The notes under the pieces are model-generated. The model had not been told where the DNA came from and did no database searches. It saw nothing but the letters and a program-made list of their open reading frames with translations. A stretch of DNA of 60,798 bases from Streptosporangiaceae bacterium (GTDB taxonomy: Bacteria; Actinomycetota; Actinomycetes; Streptosporangiales; Streptosporangiaceae), in NCBI GenBank assembly GCA_036758685.1, contig DAIOWC010000005.1, positions 1 through 60,798 of the forward strand. Direction: 5' to 3'. Below, piece by piece: positions 1-10,430 of the stretch; the stretch's first letter is position 1; each line of letters starts with the position of its first letter. The translations under genes were made by a program, and so were the position numbers.

Positions 1-345
1 GAGGTCACCTACGCCAACGGCGACAAGGAAGTGCTGTACTTCCGCGACTTCAACTCCGGCGCGATGATCCAGAACATCGTCGACCGGGCGAAGAAGATGG
101 CGATCAAGGAGTTCCTGGAGACCGGGCAGAAGGGACTGCGCGTCGCGCACCTGCTGAGCGCGTGCGTGGATGAGTTCAAGGAGAACGAGGACCTGCCCAA
201 CACCACCAACCCCGACGACTGGGCGCGGATCTCCGGCAAGAAGGGCGAGCGGATCGTCTACATCCGCACGCTGATCTCCGGCAAGAGCGGCACCGAGGCC
301 GGCCGTTCGATCGACACAGTGTCGAACACCGGCCAATATCTGTGA
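1..345 (+). CDS. arc: Proteasome-associated AAA+ ATPase ARC/Mpa, C-terminal fragment (5' end lies outside the window)
   Basis: Frame 1 is open from nt 1; the ORF track begins at internal Met 31. The product ends ...[13 protein letters not shown], the GQYL proteasome-docking tail typical of Mpa/ARC. It is followed by dop-pup-prcBA. Confidence 0.9.
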   Translation, partial: EVTYANGDKEVLYFRDFNSGAMIQNIVDRAKKMAIKEFLETGQKGLRVAHLLSACVDEFKENEDLPNTTNPDDWARISGKKGERIVYIRTLISGKSGTEAGRSIDTVSNTGQYL

Positions 346-374
346 CGTCAGGCCCGGCTCCGCCGGGCCTGACG
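346..374 (+). terminator. GC-rich hairpin directly after the arc stop codon
   Basis: Perfect 12-bp stem cgtcaggcccgg / ccgggcctgacg with a 5-nt loop, starting 1 nt after the TGA at 343-345. There is no clear U-tract, as is common in actinomycetes. Confidence 0.5.
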
Positions 375-382
375 CCCCAGGC

Positions 383-421
383 GTGCTAACCCGGGGGACG
401 ACCCCCGGACCCCCGCGGACA
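383..421. repeat. GC-hairpin repeat, copy 1 (intergenic, arc-dop spacer)
   Basis: The string gtgctaacccgggggacgacccccggacccccgcggaca recurs nearly identically at 36136-36177, and its core recurs at 12060-12093. The core forms a 7-bp G/C stem ccggggg/cccccgg with an ACGA loop. Confidence 0.75.
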
Positions 422-499
422 ACCGGTGGCTGGCGCTGAAGCCACAACTCCAGGGCGCGGCGTGCGGCGTGCTGGCACTACGGCATTAGGCTCATAGCT

Positions 500-2017
500 A
501 TGAGCGCGCGGCGGGTCATGGGCATAGAGACCGAGTACGGCATTTCCGTGCCTGGTCAGCCGGGTGCGAACGCGATGGTTAGCTCCTCCCAGGTGGTCAA
601 CGCCTACCAGGCGGCGACGGCCGCGCGGGCGCGCCGGGCCCGGTGGGACTTCGAGGAGGAGAACCCGCTACGCGACGCCAGGGGCTTCGATCTGGCCGCG
701 GAAGCCGCCGATGCCTCTCAGCTCACCGACGAGGACCTTGGGCTCGCCAACGTCATCCTGACGAACGGGGCGCGGCTGTACGTCGACCACGCGCATCCGG
801 AGTACTCGGCGCCCGAGTGCACGAACCCGCTGGATGCGGTCATCTGGGACAAAGCCGGCGAGCGGGTCATGGCGGAGGCCGCAGTCCGCGCCGCCGCCCT
901 CCCCGGCGGCCCGGCGATCCAGCTGTACAAGCACAACACCGACAATAAGGGCGCTTCGTACGGCTGCCACGAGAACTACCTGATGAACCGGTCGACGCCG
1001 TTTGCCGACATCGTCCGCCATCTCACGCCGTTTTTCGTATCCCGCCAGGTGGTCTGCGGCGCGGGCCGCGTCGGCCGCGGCGCTGACGGCCGCGAGGAGG
1101 GCTTCCAGATCAGCCAGCGGGCCGACTTCTTCGAGGTCGAGGTTGGCCTGGAGACGACGCTGAAGCGGCCGATCATCAACACCCGCGATGAGCCGCACGC
1201 CGACCCGGACAAGTACCGACGGCTGCATGTCATCCTCGGCGACGCGAACATGAGCGAGGTCTCCACGTACCTCAAGCTGGGCACGACGGCGCTCGTGCTG
1301 GCCATGATCGAGGAGAAGTTCCTGGCCGGCGACCTGTCCATCGAGTCGCCCGTGGCCGAGCTGCGGGCGATCTCCCACGACCCGTCACTGCGCCACCTGG
1401 TCACGCTTCGCGATGGCCGCCGCATGACTGCCGTGCAGCTGCAGCTGGAGTACCTGGAGCTGGCGAAGAAGTTCTCCGAGGACAAGTACGGCAACGACGT
1501 CGACGAGCTCACCAGGGATGTGCTCGACCGCTGGGAGTCGGTACTCGGACGCCTCGCCGATGACCCGATGCAGACCTCGCACGAGCTGGACTGGGTGGCC
1601 AAGCTCGAGATCCTTGAGGGCTACCGGTCGAGGGACGGACTCGGCTGGGGTCATCCGCGCCTGCAGCTCGTCGACCTGCAGTACTCCGATGTCCGGCTGG
1701 ACCGCGGCCTGTACAACCGGCTGGCCGCGCGTGGCCGGATGGTCAGGCTCACCAGCGAGGACGTTGTGCTGACGGCGATGGACGAGCCGCCCGCGGACAC
1801 CAGGGCCTACTTCCGGGGCCGGTGCCTGCGGAAGTACCCGGACGCGGTGGCTGCGGCGTCGTGGGACTCGGTGATCTTTGACATCCCCGGCCGGGAGTCG
1901 CTGCAGCGCGTGCCGACGCTGGAGCCGCTGCGCGGCACCCGGGCGCACGTCGGTGACCTGCTGGACCGATGCGAGACCGCGGGCGAGCTGGTGGCCGCGC
2001 TGACCGGCCAGGACTAG
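500..2017 (+). CDS. dop: Pup deamidase/depupylase Dop
   Basis: 505 aa. The N-terminus [10 protein letters not shown] is the PafA/Dop carboxylate-amine ligase family signature, and the protein is paralogous to the pafA product at 5878. It lies immediately upstream of pup. Confidence 0.95.
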   Translation: MSARRVMGIETEYGISVPGQPGANAMVSSSQVVNAYQAATAARARRARWDFEEENPLRDARGFDLAAEAADASQLTDEDLGLANVILTNGARLYVDHAHPEYSAPECTNPLDAVIWDKAGERVMAEAAVRAAALPGGPAIQLYKHNTDNKGASYGCHENYLMNRSTPFADIVRHLTPFFVSRQVVCGAGRVGRGADGREEGFQISQRADFFEVEVGLETTLKRPIINTRDEPHADPDKYRRLHVILGDANMSEVSTYLKLGTTALVLAMIEEKFLAGDLSIESPVAELRAISHDPSLRHLVTLRDGRRMTAVQLQLEYLELAKKFSEDKYGNDVDELTRDVLDRWESVLGRLADDPMQTSHELDWVAKLEILEGYRSRDGLGWGHPRLQLVDLQYSDVRLDRGLYNRLAARGRMVRLTSEDVVLTAMDEPPADTRAYFRGRCLRKYPDAVAAASWDSVIFDIPGRESLQRVPTLEPLRGTRAHVGDLLDRCETAGELVAALTGQD

Positions 2018-2218
2018 CGGCCGCACGTGCGGTAAGCCGCGAACCCTCGCAAAAGCCGCGATATTGATCTGGACGTGACACGTGCGCCTGTGTCTATCCT
2101 GGCCACGAGTTGTCTCGACGTGATACCGATGCTCTGGTCCAGGGTTGGATGGCTCACTAGCAGGCGAGGATTAGCGTTGAGAGAGCGCGGGTGGCACCGC
2201 GGAGCACGGAGGTAGAGC

Positions 2219-2428
2219 ATGGCGACGAAGGACACCGGCGGGCAGCGGCAGACTACGAGGCGGACCGAGGAAGAAGAGGAAGTCGAACCGCGCGAAACCG
2301 ATGAAGTCCGGGAGCGGCAGGACAAGCTGACCGACGACGTCGACGCGATCCTCGACGAGATCGACGAGGTCCTCGAGGAGAACGCCGAGGAGTTCGTCCG
2401 GTCGTACGTCCAGAAGGGCGGCGAGTGA
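2219..2428 (+). CDS. pup: Prokaryotic ubiquitin-like protein Pup
   Basis: 69 aa, acidic and predicted disordered, ending ...FVRSYVQKGGE (GGE C-terminus). SD ggagg lies 6 nt upstream of the ATG. Positioned between dop and prcB. Confidence 0.95.
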   Translation: MATKDTGGQRQTTRRTEEEEEVEPRETDEVRERQDKLTDDVDAILDEIDEVLEENAEEFVRSYVQKGGE

Positions 2429-2531
2429 CGCCGTTGCAGCCTTGAGCGAACGCGAGCGTTCCCCGGCGCCCTTGGGTCAGCGGCGGGGCTAGGGTCTTAA
2501 ATGATGTTGGCAGACCGGAAGGACGTTTGCA

Positions 2532-3386
2532 GTGGGCGGCATTGAACCCCAGTCGCGGTGGCAGCCTTCGGCGTTCCTGGCCGCGGGATCCTCGTCTTTC
2601 GCTGACTTCCTGACGACGGCAGCTCCGGACTTGCTGCCCGCGCAACGCGAGGCCGGCGCGGCTCTCGGTCACGACCTGCCGCACGCCACCACGATCGTGG
2701 CCGCGATCTGCGAAGGCGGCGTCGTGATGGCCGGTGACCGCCGCGCGACGTCGGGCAACATGATCTCCCAGCGCGACATGGAGAAGGTCTTCCCCGGCGA
2801 TGAGTACTCCTGCGTCGGCATCTCCGGAGTGGCGGGCATCGGTGTCGACCTGGTCCGGCTGTTCCAGGTCGAGCTCGAGCACTACGAGAAGCTCGAGGGG
2901 CGATCGCTGTCGCTTGAGGGCAAGGCGAACCGGCTGGCCGGCCTCGTCCGCGGCAACCTGATGGGCGCCATGCAGGGCCTGGTCGCGGTGCCGATACTGG
3001 CCGGCTTCGACGAAGAGGTACGGCACGGGCGGATCTTCACCTACGACGTCGCGGGCGGCCGGTACGAGGAGCAGCGGTTCAGCTCGATCGGCTCGGGTTC
3101 GGTCTTCGCCCGCGGCTCGCTCAAGAAGCTCTACCGTGACGGCATGTCGGTCGAGGATGTCGTGCTCGCCTGCATGCAGGCGCTGTATGACGCGGCCGAT
3201 GACGACTCGGCGACCGGCGGTCCCGACGTGAGCAGGAGAATCTTCCCGGTGGTCGCGACGGTGACCGAGGACGGCTTCGAGCGGCTGTCCGATGAGGCGG
3301 CCGGGCGGTACGCGCTCGCCGTCGTCAACGAGCGCATGCAACTGCCTGACGGCCCGGCCGCCGCGATGCAGCAGATCACGTCCTAG
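2532..3386 (+). CDS. prcB: 20S proteasome beta subunit (with propeptide)
   Basis: 284 aa. The propeptide is followed by ...[25 protein letters not shown], with an Ntn-hydrolase catalytic Thr context. GTG start with SD ggaagga 8 nt upstream; the exact start is uncertain. Confidence 0.9.
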   Translation: MGGIEPQSRWQPSAFLAAGSSSFADFLTTAAPDLLPAQREAGAALGHDLPHATTIVAAICEGGVVMAGDRRATSGNMISQRDMEKVFPGDEYSCVGISGVAGIGVDLVRLFQVELEHYEKLEGRSLSLEGKANRLAGLVRGNLMGAMQGLVAVPILAGFDEEVRHGRIFTYDVAGGRYEEQRFSSIGSGSVFARGSLKKLYRDGMSVEDVVLACMQALYDAADDDSATGGPDVSRRIFPVVATVTEDGFERLSDEAAGRYALAVVNERMQLPDGPAAAMQQITS

Positions 3387-3445
3387 CCGTCGGAAGCTCA
3401 GCCGAATCCTGTCCAGCTGGCCCACTCGAGTAAGGAACGCTAGCG

Positions 3446-4225
3446 GTGTCGATGCCCTTCTACGTGTCACCTGAACAGGTGATGAAGGACAAGTCGGATT
3501 ACGCGCGGAAGCGCATCTCGCAGATCCGCAGCGGCGTTGTGATCACCTGCGAAGCCGGCATCCTGTTCGTCGCGCCCAACCCCTCGCGGGCGCTGCGCAA
3601 GTTCAGCGAGCTGTACGACCGCATCGCCTTCGCCGCGGTCGGCCGTTACAACGAGTTCGAGAGCCTGCGCAAGGCGGGCGTCAGGTACGCGGACATGACC
3701 GGGTTCCAGTACGACCGCCGGGACGTGACCGCCCGCGGCCTGGCCGACTGGTACGCGCAGCTCCTGGGGGCGCTGTTCACCGACAGCCCGAAGCCGTACG
3801 AGGTCGAGCTCGTGGTCGCTGAGGTCGGCGTGACCCCCGATGCCGACCAGATCTACCGGATCATCTTCGACGGGTCGGTCGCCGAGGAGCACGGCGGTTT
3901 CGTGGTCATGGGAGGTCAGGCCGAGCGCGTCGCCGAGGTCCTGAGGGAGAGCTACAAGCCGGGCCTGTCCCTGACGGATGCGATGACGCTGGCGATCGGC
4001 GCGCTGTCCGTGCAGAACGACGGCAGCAGCTCCGAGACGATCACCGCCGATCAGCTCGAGGCGGCGCTGCTGGAGCGCAGCCGGACGCACCGGGCCTTCC
4101 GCCGGCTTTCCGGCGCCCGGCTGGACACGCTGCTGACCGAGGCCCTGAAGAAGCCGGTGCCCGCGGGCTCAGCGACTGCCGGCGAGATCGGTTCGCCCTC
4201 CGACGGGGCTGACGGCGGCGAGTAA
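3446..4225 (+). CDS. prcA: 20S proteasome alpha subunit
   Basis: 259 aa. The N-terminus (V)SMPFYVSPEQVMKDKSDYARK closely matches the PrcA N-terminus as I recall it from M. tuberculosis. It follows prcB with a 59-nt gap. Confidence 0.93.
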   Translation: MSMPFYVSPEQVMKDKSDYARKRISQIRSGVVITCEAGILFVAPNPSRALRKFSELYDRIAFAAVGRYNEFESLRKAGVRYADMTGFQYDRRDVTARGLADWYAQLLGALFTDSPKPYEVELVVAEVGVTPDADQIYRIIFDGSVAEEHGGFVVMGGQAERVAEVLRESYKPGLSLTDAMTLAIGALSVQNDGSSSETITADQLEAALLERSRTHRAFRRLSGARLDTLLTEALKKPVPAGSATAGEIGSPSDGADGGE

Positions 4226-4406
4226 CTGAGCGAGTCGGCGAGGTGCCGGCGGTGTCTGGACTGAGGAGCGGTTTTGGCGACGAGGGAAGACGCCGCCCAG
4301 GGGCACCTCGACGGCTGAGCGGGAAAACACCGCGATTTCCGGGCATTGATACTGTCGAATTCAGGGGCCGCGGCGGCGCGGTCCCGCCCCGCAGCAGGAG
4401 GACACC

Positions 4407-5867
4407 GTGACCGCGGACCTGGCGACCATCACTGGCATCGATGCGCCCACCGGCCTGCTGATCGGGGGGCAGTGGACGTCGGGACGGTCAGGCACGCTGC
4501 GCGTACTCAACCCGGCCACCGAGGACGTGCTGGCCGAGGTGGCCGACGCCAGTCCTGAGGATGGCCTGGAGGCCGTGGGGGCCGCGGCGGCGGCGCTGCC
4601 TGCCTGGGCCGCTACGCCGCCCCGTCAGCGCGGTGAGTGCCTGCGCAAGGCCTACGAGCTGATGACCGAGCGGTCTGAGCAGCTGGCCCGGCTGATGGTG
4701 CTGGAGAACGGCAAGGCGCTGCGGGACGCGCGCGGCGAGGTCCTCTATGCCGCCGAGTTCTTCCGGTGGTACTCCGAGGAGGCCGTGCGCATCGACGGCC
4801 ACCTGTCCGTCGCCCCGTCCGGAGCCAACAAGATCATGGTGATCCGCCAGCCGGTGGGCGTCAGCTACATGATCACGCCCTGGAACTTTCCGGCCGCAAT
4901 GGCGACCCGCAAGATCGGTCCAGCGCTGGCGGCGGGCTGCACGGTCGTGCTCAAGCCGGCCAAGGAGACCCCGCTGAGCGCGCTCGCGGTCGCGGAGATC
5001 CTGGCCGAGGCGGGGGTGCCGGACGGCGTGGTCAACGTGCTGCCGACCAACAAGCCCGGCCCGCTGACGTCGGCCATTCTCGCCGACCCGAGGGTGCGGA
5101 AGCTGTCGTTCACCGGCTCGACCGAGGTCGGCCGCATGCTGCTCAAGCAGGCTGCCGACTACGTGACGAACTGCTCGATGGAGCTGGGCGGCAACGCCCC
5201 CTTCCTGGTCCTCGACGACGCCGACATTGACGCCGCGGTCGAGGGCGCGTTCCTGGCCAAGATGCGCAACGGCGGCGAGGCCTGCACCGCGGCCAACCGG
5301 TTCTACGTGCACGAGAAGGTCGCCGGCGAGTTCTCGGCCAAGCTGGCGACGCGGCTGGCCGGGCTCAAGGTCGGGCCCGGCCTCGATGACGGCGTCGATC
5401 TCGGCCCGCTGGTGAACGCCGACACCCGGACGAAGGTCGCCGATCTGGTGGACTCGGCCACCGGTGACGGGGCGCAGGTGCTGACCGGCGGGCATGCCCC
5501 GGACCGGGCCGGCTACTACTACGAGCCGACGGTGCTCGATGGCGTCCCGGCTGGCGCCGGGATCCTGTCGGAGGAGATTTTCGGCCCGGTGGCGCCGATC
5601 GTCAGGTTCACGGACACCGACGAGGCGGTCGCGCTGGCCAACAACACCGAGTACGGGCTGGTGTCCTATCTGTACAGCGGTGACCTGCGGCGCGCGTTGC
5701 GGGTCGCGGAAGCGCTGGAAGCGGGCATGGTGGGTATCAACCGGGGAGTGGTCTCCGACCCGGCGGCGCCATTCGGCGGCGTGAAGCAGTCCGGCCTCGG
5801 CCGCGAGGGCGCGCACGAGGGACTGCTGGAGTACACCGAGACCAAGTACATCGCCGTCGATTGGTAG
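4407..5867 (+). CDS. gabD: NAD(P)+-dependent succinate-semialdehyde dehydrogenase-like aldehyde dehydrogenase
   Basis: 486 aa. ALDH motifs are present: [39 protein letters not shown] and [12 protein letters not shown] (catalytic Cys). SD aggagga precedes the GTG. Substrate assignment rests on family resemblance only. Confidence 0.8.
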   Translation: MTADLATITGIDAPTGLLIGGQWTSGRSGTLRVLNPATEDVLAEVADASPEDGLEAVGAAAAALPAWAATPPRQRGECLRKAYELMTERSEQLARLMVLENGKALRDARGEVLYAAEFFRWYSEEAVRIDGHLSVAPSGANKIMVIRQPVGVSYMITPWNFPAAMATRKIGPALAAGCTVVLKPAKETPLSALAVAEILAEAGVPDGVVNVLPTNKPGPLTSAILADPRVRKLSFTGSTEVGRMLLKQAADYVTNCSMELGGNAPFLVLDDADIDAAVEGAFLAKMRNGGEACTAANRFYVHEKVAGEFSAKLATRLAGLKVGPGLDDGVDLGPLVNADTRTKVADLVDSATGDGAQVLTGGHAPDRAGYYYEPTVLDGVPAGAGILSEEIFGPVAPIVRFTDTDEAVALANNTEYGLVSYLYSGDLRRALRVAEALEAGMVGINRGVVSDPAAPFGGVKQSGLGREGAHEGLLEYTETKYIAVDW

Positions 5868-5877
5868 TTGGGGACGG

Positions 5878-7236
5878 ATGGACAGGCGCATTTTCGGGCT
5901 GGAGAACGAGTACGGCGTTACGTGTACCTTCCGCGGCCAGCGCCGCCTGTCTCCCGATGAGGTGGCCAGGTACCTGTTCCGGCGGGTGGTCTCGTGGGGC
6001 CGCAGCAGCAACGTCTTTCTGCGCAACGGCGCCCGGCTGTACCTCGACGTCGGCAGCCACCCCGAGTACGCGACGCCCGAGTGCGACAGTCTCATTGACC
6101 TGGTCACGCACGACAAGGCGGGGGAGCGGATCCTGGAGGGCCTGCTCGTCGACGCCGACACCCGGCTGCGCGAGGAGGGCATCGCCGGGGACATCTACCT
6201 GTTCAAGAACAACACCGACTCGGCCGGCAACTCCTACGGCTGCCACGAGAACTACCTCGTCGGCAGGCACGGCGAGTTCGGCCGGCTAGCCGACGTGCTG
6301 ATCCCGTTCCTGGTCACCCGCCAGATCATCTGCGGCGCGGGCAAGGTGCTGCAGACGCCGAGAGGCGCGGTGTACTGCGTGAGCCAGCGTGCTGAGCACA
6401 TCTGGGAGGGAGTCTCCTCGGCGACGACCCGGTCCCGGCCGATCATCAACACCAGGGACGAGCCGCATGCCGACGCCGAGCGCTTCCGCCGCCTGCATGT
6501 GATCGTCGGCGACTCGAACATGAGCGAGACCACCATGCTGCTGAAGGTCGGCGCCACCGACCTCGTGCTGCGGATGGTGGAAGCGGGCATCGTCATGCGC
6601 GACCTGACACTGGAGAATCCGATCCGGGCCATCAGGGACGTCAGCCACGACATGACCGGCAGGCGCAAGGTGCGGCTCGCGAACGGGCGCGAGGTCAGCG
6701 CGCTGGAGATCCAGCAGGAGTATCTGACCAAGGCACTGGACTTCACCACGCGCAAGGGTCAGGACCCGGTGACGGCCAGGGTCCTCGACCTGTGGCAGCG
6801 GACGCTGACCGCGGTCGAGACCGGTGACCTGGGCCAGGTGGCCCGCGAGATCGACTGGGTCACCAAGTACCAGCTGATCGAGCGGTACCGCGCCAAGCAC
6901 GACCTGCAGCTCGCCTCGCCCAGGGTCGCGCAGCTCGACCTGGCCTATCACGACGTTCATCGCGGCCGCGGCCTGTACTACCTGCTGCAGAAGCGGGGCG
7001 CGGTCGAGCGGGCCTGCCGTGACATCGAGATCTTCGCCGCGAAGAACATCCCGCCGCAGACCACCAGGGCGCGCCTGCGCGGGGAGTTCATCCGGCGGGC
7101 TCAGGAGCGGCGGCGCGACTACACCGTCGACTGGGTGCACCTGAAGCTCAACGACCAGGCGCAGCGGACCGTGCTGTGCAAGGACCCGTTCCGATCGGTA
7201 GACGAACGCGTGGAAAAGCTGATCGCAGGCATGTAG
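5878..7236 (+). CDS. pafA: Pup--protein ligase PafA
   Basis: 452 aa. N-terminus [14 protein letters not shown]; paralogous to Dop throughout. Confidence 0.95.
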   Translation: MDRRIFGLENEYGVTCTFRGQRRLSPDEVARYLFRRVVSWGRSSNVFLRNGARLYLDVGSHPEYATPECDSLIDLVTHDKAGERILEGLLVDADTRLREEGIAGDIYLFKNNTDSAGNSYGCHENYLVGRHGEFGRLADVLIPFLVTRQIICGAGKVLQTPRGAVYCVSQRAEHIWEGVSSATTRSRPIINTRDEPHADAERFRRLHVIVGDSNMSETTMLLKVGATDLVLRMVEAGIVMRDLTLENPIRAIRDVSHDMTGRRKVRLANGREVSALEIQQEYLTKALDFTTRKGQDPVTARVLDLWQRTLTAVETGDLGQVAREIDWVTKYQLIERYRAKHDLQLASPRVAQLDLAYHDVHRGRGLYYLLQKRGAVERACRDIEIFAAKNIPPQTTRARLRGEFIRRAQERRRDYTVDWVHLKLNDQAQRTVLCKDPFRSVDERVEKLIAGM

Positions 7237-7361
7237 CGCGTCCGGGCGGGGGCCTGATGACTACTAGTTGCCTTCGCGCGACTACTTATTGTTGCTACGC
7301 TCTCCGGGTTGCATGAAGCCCAAGGGGTCAGGGCATTCGGGGCTAATCGGGGGACTCGTTC

Positions 7362-8540
7362 GTGCCGCGTTCAGGCAATTCATCGTGCTTAGATCCGGGC
7401 GCTACCGTTGTCGGGGGCTGCGGCCATATCGGCTTGCCGCTGGCCATCGCACTGGCGTCGGCCGGGATGAGGGTCGTCTGCTATGACCTGAGCGAGCCGG
7501 CGGTAGCCGCGGTCCGCAGCGGCACGATGCCGTTCCGCGAGCCGGGCGCGGCGGCACCGCTGCGCGCCGCGCTGGCCGCCGGGCGGCTGACCGCGACCAC
7601 CGACGCGTCGGTCATCCGCTCCGCCGAGCACGTCGTCATTACCGTCGACGGCGCGCTGGCCGACGTGTTCGCGTCCTGCGGTCCGTATCTCGCCGACGGC
7701 CAGCTGGTGGTGTTGCGCAGCACCGCTGCGCCGGGCGATACCGCGCGGCTGGAGAAGCTGGCGGCCGAGCTCGGGATCGACGTCGACGTCGCGTTCTGCC
7801 CGGAGCGGATCGCCGAGGGACAGGCAATGACCGAGCTGTTCGAGCTGCCCCAGATCATCTCGAGCCGGACCGCGCGCGGCGTGGAACGGGCTGCGAGCCT
7901 GTTCCGGCGGCTGGTTCCGGCGCTCGTGACGATGTCGCCCGAGGAAGCCGAGCTCGCCAAGCTGTTCAGCAACGCCTGGCGCTACATCGGCTTCGCGGCC
8001 GCCAACCAGTTCTACGAGATCGCCAACGATCGCGGGCTGGACTTCGAGCGGATAAGGGAGGGGCTCCAGCTCGACTACCCGCGCGGGGCCGGCCTCCCCC
8101 CGGCCGGGTTCGCCGCCGGCCCGTGTTTGCTCAAGGACACGCTCAGCCTGATCGGGAGCGGCGGCGAGTTCCGGCTTGGGCAGGCCGCCGTGGCGGCGAA
8201 CGAGGGCCTCGCCGACTACGTGGTCGACCGGCTGGCCAGCACGCATGACCTGGCCGGCATGCGGGTCGGCCTGCTCGGCATGGCCTTCAAGGGCGGCTCG
8301 GACGACACGCGCTCCAGCCTCTCCTACCGGCTTAAGCGGCTCCTGGCCGCCCGCGCCCGCGAGGTGCTGTGCAGCGACCCGCTGGTGATCTCCGACCCGG
8401 ACCTGCTGCCGCTCCCAGCCGTCCTGGCGGCGGCGGACCTGATCGTCGTCGCCGCACCGCACCCGCAGTACCGGGATCTGCCCGCCGGCCTGCTGCTGGC
8501 CGACATCTGGGGCGTCACCGACCGCGGCGTGCGGATATGA
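7362..8540 (+). CDS. UDP-glucose/GDP-mannose dehydrogenase family nucleotide-sugar dehydrogenase
   Basis: 392 aa. It has an N-terminal Rossmann motif VVGGCGHIGLPLA and a catalytic Cys context GFAAGPCLLKD. SD ggggga lies 7 nt upstream of the GTG. Confidence 0.8.
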   Translation: MPRSGNSSCLDPGATVVGGCGHIGLPLAIALASAGMRVVCYDLSEPAVAAVRSGTMPFREPGAAAPLRAALAAGRLTATTDASVIRSAEHVVITVDGALADVFASCGPYLADGQLVVLRSTAAPGDTARLEKLAAELGIDVDVAFCPERIAEGQAMTELFELPQIISSRTARGVERAASLFRRLVPALVTMSPEEAELAKLFSNAWRYIGFAAANQFYEIANDRGLDFERIREGLQLDYPRGAGLPPAGFAAGPCLLKDTLSLIGSGGEFRLGQAAVAANEGLADYVVDRLASTHDLAGMRVGLLGMAFKGGSDDTRSSLSYRLKRLLAARAREVLCSDPLVISDPDLLPLPAVLAAADLIVVAAPHPQYRDLPAGLLLADIWGVTDRGVRI

Positions 8541-10315
8541 CTCCGTCCGCGGAAGGATGTGCTGTCCCGGGGGGACGACGACCCCCAGCGCCGGGCCCGG
8601 CGCTCGAGCGGCTGCTGACGCCGTTCCGCCGGGTGCTGCCCCGCCCGAGCCTGCTGCTGCCCGGCCGGCTCGGCCCGCGCCTGACCGGAGTCCCGGTCCG
8701 GCTGGTGCCGGAGCCGGCGAGCAGGCCCGCGCCGGACCGGGAGCCCGACCGGCGCCGGCGAAGCTGGCTGTTAGCTGGCTCAGCCGCGGTCGGCTGGGCG
8801 ATCTGCGGGCTGGGGCTGTTCGCCCTGTACCTGCACATGTCCAGGACCGTCTCGGTCAACTCCGACGGCGCGTCCAACGCCCTGCAGGCGTGGGCGATGC
8901 TGCACGGCAATCCGCTCCTGCGCGGCTGGGAGCTGTCGGATGTGTCGTTCTACACGACCGAGCTGCCGCAGTACCTGCTCATCGAGCTTGCCCGCGGGCT
9001 GACGCCCGACGTGGTGCACGTCGGCGCGGCCATGACGTACACATTCGTGCTGCTCCTGGCGGCGCGGCTCGCCAAGGGCGGCGCGCGGGGGAGGCAGGGG
9101 CTGGTGCGGGCGGCACTGGCAGCCGGCATCATCCTGGCGCCGCAGGCGGCCGAGGTCCCGGTGCTGATGCTGTCGCCCGATCATGTCGGCAGCACGGTGC
9201 CGGTCCTGCTCATGTGGCTGCTGATCGACCGGGCCGGCCGGCGCTGGTATGTGCCCGCGGCATCCGGCCTTCTCCTGGCGCTGGCCGTCGTGGCCGATCA
9301 GATCATCCTGATCACCGGTGTAGCCCCCGTGGTCCTGGTGGCGGCGGCGCGCGCCTACCAGAAGCTGGTGCGCGAGCGGGCCCGGCTCCGGTCGGCGTGG
9401 TTCGAGCTCTCGCTCGGCGCGGCTGGCCTCGCCGGGGCGGCGGTGGGGGAGCGCGCCCTTGTTCTTATCCAGCACAGTGGCGGCTTCCTGGTCTGGCCGG
9501 TCAGCGAGCGGCTGGTGAGCCTCGACAACTTCCCGCACAACCTGCTGCAGACCTACCAGGGCATACTCCTGCTCTTCGGGGCGGACTTCATGGGCCAGCC
9601 GGCCGGCCTGGCGGCCGGGCTCGCCCTGGTCCACCTGGTCGGGCTCGGCCTCGCCGTCTGGGCGGTGTGCGCGGCGGTGCGGCGGTACGTCGGCAGCGAG
9701 CTGGTGATCCAGCTAATGGTCGTGGCCACGCTGGCGAGCCTGGCCAGCTTCGCGCTCGGGCCGAACGCCGGCCAGCCGCTGAGCAGCCGGGAGTTCGCCG
9801 CGGTCCTGCCGTTCGCGGCCGCGCTCGCCGGTCGGACGCTTGCGCCCCGGCTCAGCCGGGCGCGCATGCTCCCCGCCCTCGGGGTCGTGCTCGGGATCTA
9901 CGCGATCGGCGCTGTGAGCCTGGCCGCCCAGCCGCCGGCGGCCGCCCAGAATCAGGCCCTGGCTGGCTGGCTCGCCGCGCACCGGCTCACGTATGGCCTG
10001 GCCGGATACTGGATTGCGAATTCCGTCACGCTCGACAGCGGCGGCGCGGTTCATCTCTGCCCCCTCAAGGGCAATGAGCAGACCGCACGGCCAGAATGGT
10101 GGGAAATCCAATTAAGCTGGTACAATCCCGAATTGCATGACGCCAATTTCGTCGTGCTGCCCAGCAACGGCATCGGGCCGCCGCCCGGCCCTGGGCCGCT
10201 GCCTCCGACCGTGCCGGGAGTGCTGGGCGCTTTCGGGCAGCCCGCCCGGGTGTATTACTTGGCCCAATACACTGTCCTGGTCTGGAATAAGAATCTTCTG
10301 ACAGTTATGCAGTAA
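8537..10315 (+). CDS. Polytopic integral membrane protein, possible GT-C-type glycosyltransferase
   Basis: The ORF track opens at 8369, but an in-frame ATG at 8537 overlaps the upstream stop (ATGA), so I trimmed the start. The protein has many hydrophobic helices after a Pro/Arg-rich N-terminus, and a lower-GC C-terminal soluble domain. Function is inferred from topology only. Confidence 0.6.
   Translation: MTPSAEGCAVPGGRRPPAPGPALERLLTPFRRVLPRPSLLLPGRLGPRLTGVPVRLVPEPASRPAPDREPDRRRRSWLLAGSAAVGWAICGLGLFALYLHMSRTVSVNSDGASNALQAWAMLHGNPLLRGWELSDVSFYTTELPQYLLIELARGLTPDVVHVGAAMTYTFVLLLAARLAKGGARGRQGLVRAALAAGIILAPQAAEVPVLMLSPDHVGSTVPVLLMWLLIDRAGRRWYVPAASGLLLALAVVADQIILITGVAPVVLVAAARAYQKLVRERARLRSAWFELSLGAAGLAGAAVGERALVLIQHSGGFLVWPVSERLVSLDNFPHNLLQTYQGILLLFGADFMGQPAGLAAGLALVHLVGLGLAVWAVCAAVRRYVGSELVIQLMVVATLASLASFALGPNAGQPLSSREFAAVLPFAAALAGRTLAPRLSRARMLPALGVVLGIYAIGAVSLAAQPPAAAQNQALAGWLAAHRLTYGLAGYWIANSVTLDSGGAVHLCPLKGNEQTARPEWWEIQLSWYNPELHDANFVVLPSNGIGPPPGPGPLPPTVPGVLGAFGQPARVYYLAQYTVLVWNKNLLTVMQ
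8566..8588. repeat. Possible degenerate relative of the GC-hairpin repeat, inside a CDS
   Basis: cccggggggacgacgacccccag resembles the cccggggg(g)acgaccccc(c)gg core but carries an extra acg and a broken 3' arm. It is translated as PGGRRPP. Confidence 0.25.
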
Positions 10316-10430
10316 TCCGCCCGGATTTGCCGCTCGGGTGCCGTCCTCCGCAGGTGCGCGGGTGGCCTGATCCGGTCTGTGTCTGCCGGTAGGCTGACCC
10401 GGGTCTTTGAAATCGAAACTGAGGAATCTC

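Noticed and set aside
391-409. The ACGA-capped G/C hairpin as a guanidine-II (mini-ykkC) riboswitch.
   Set aside because: mini-ykkC needs two tandem ACGR hairpins upstream of SMR or guanidine-related genes. Here there is a single hairpin, the downstream gene is dop, and the other two copies lie antisense inside coding regions.
668-1378. Long antisense or out-of-frame ORFs overlapping well-supported genes. Examples: 668-1378(-), 2253-3470(-), 4488-6194(-), 8557-10077(+), 14731-15663(-), 17245-18741(-), 20976-22448(-), 30880-32817(+), 34520-36142(+), 48832-50718(-) and 57651-59045(-).
   Set aside because: These are typical high-GC artefacts. The translations are Arg/Pro/Ala/Gly-rich with no recognisable domains, and each is fully nested in, or opposite to, a gene with clear family motifs.
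2100-2130. A PafBC-type RecA-NDp promoter motif (TGTC-GTG…TAnnnT) upstream of pup, at ttgtctcgacgtgataccgat.
   Set aside because: Only the TTGTC part matches. The GTG and the spacing to a TAnnnT hexamer do not fit the published consensus as I remember it.
8369-8536. The upstream extension of the membrane-protein ORF into the dehydrogenase gene.
   Set aside because: The in-frame ATG at 8537 gives the classic ATGA stop/start overlap. The extension is a Pro/Arg/Gly-rich read-through of the other gene's frame.
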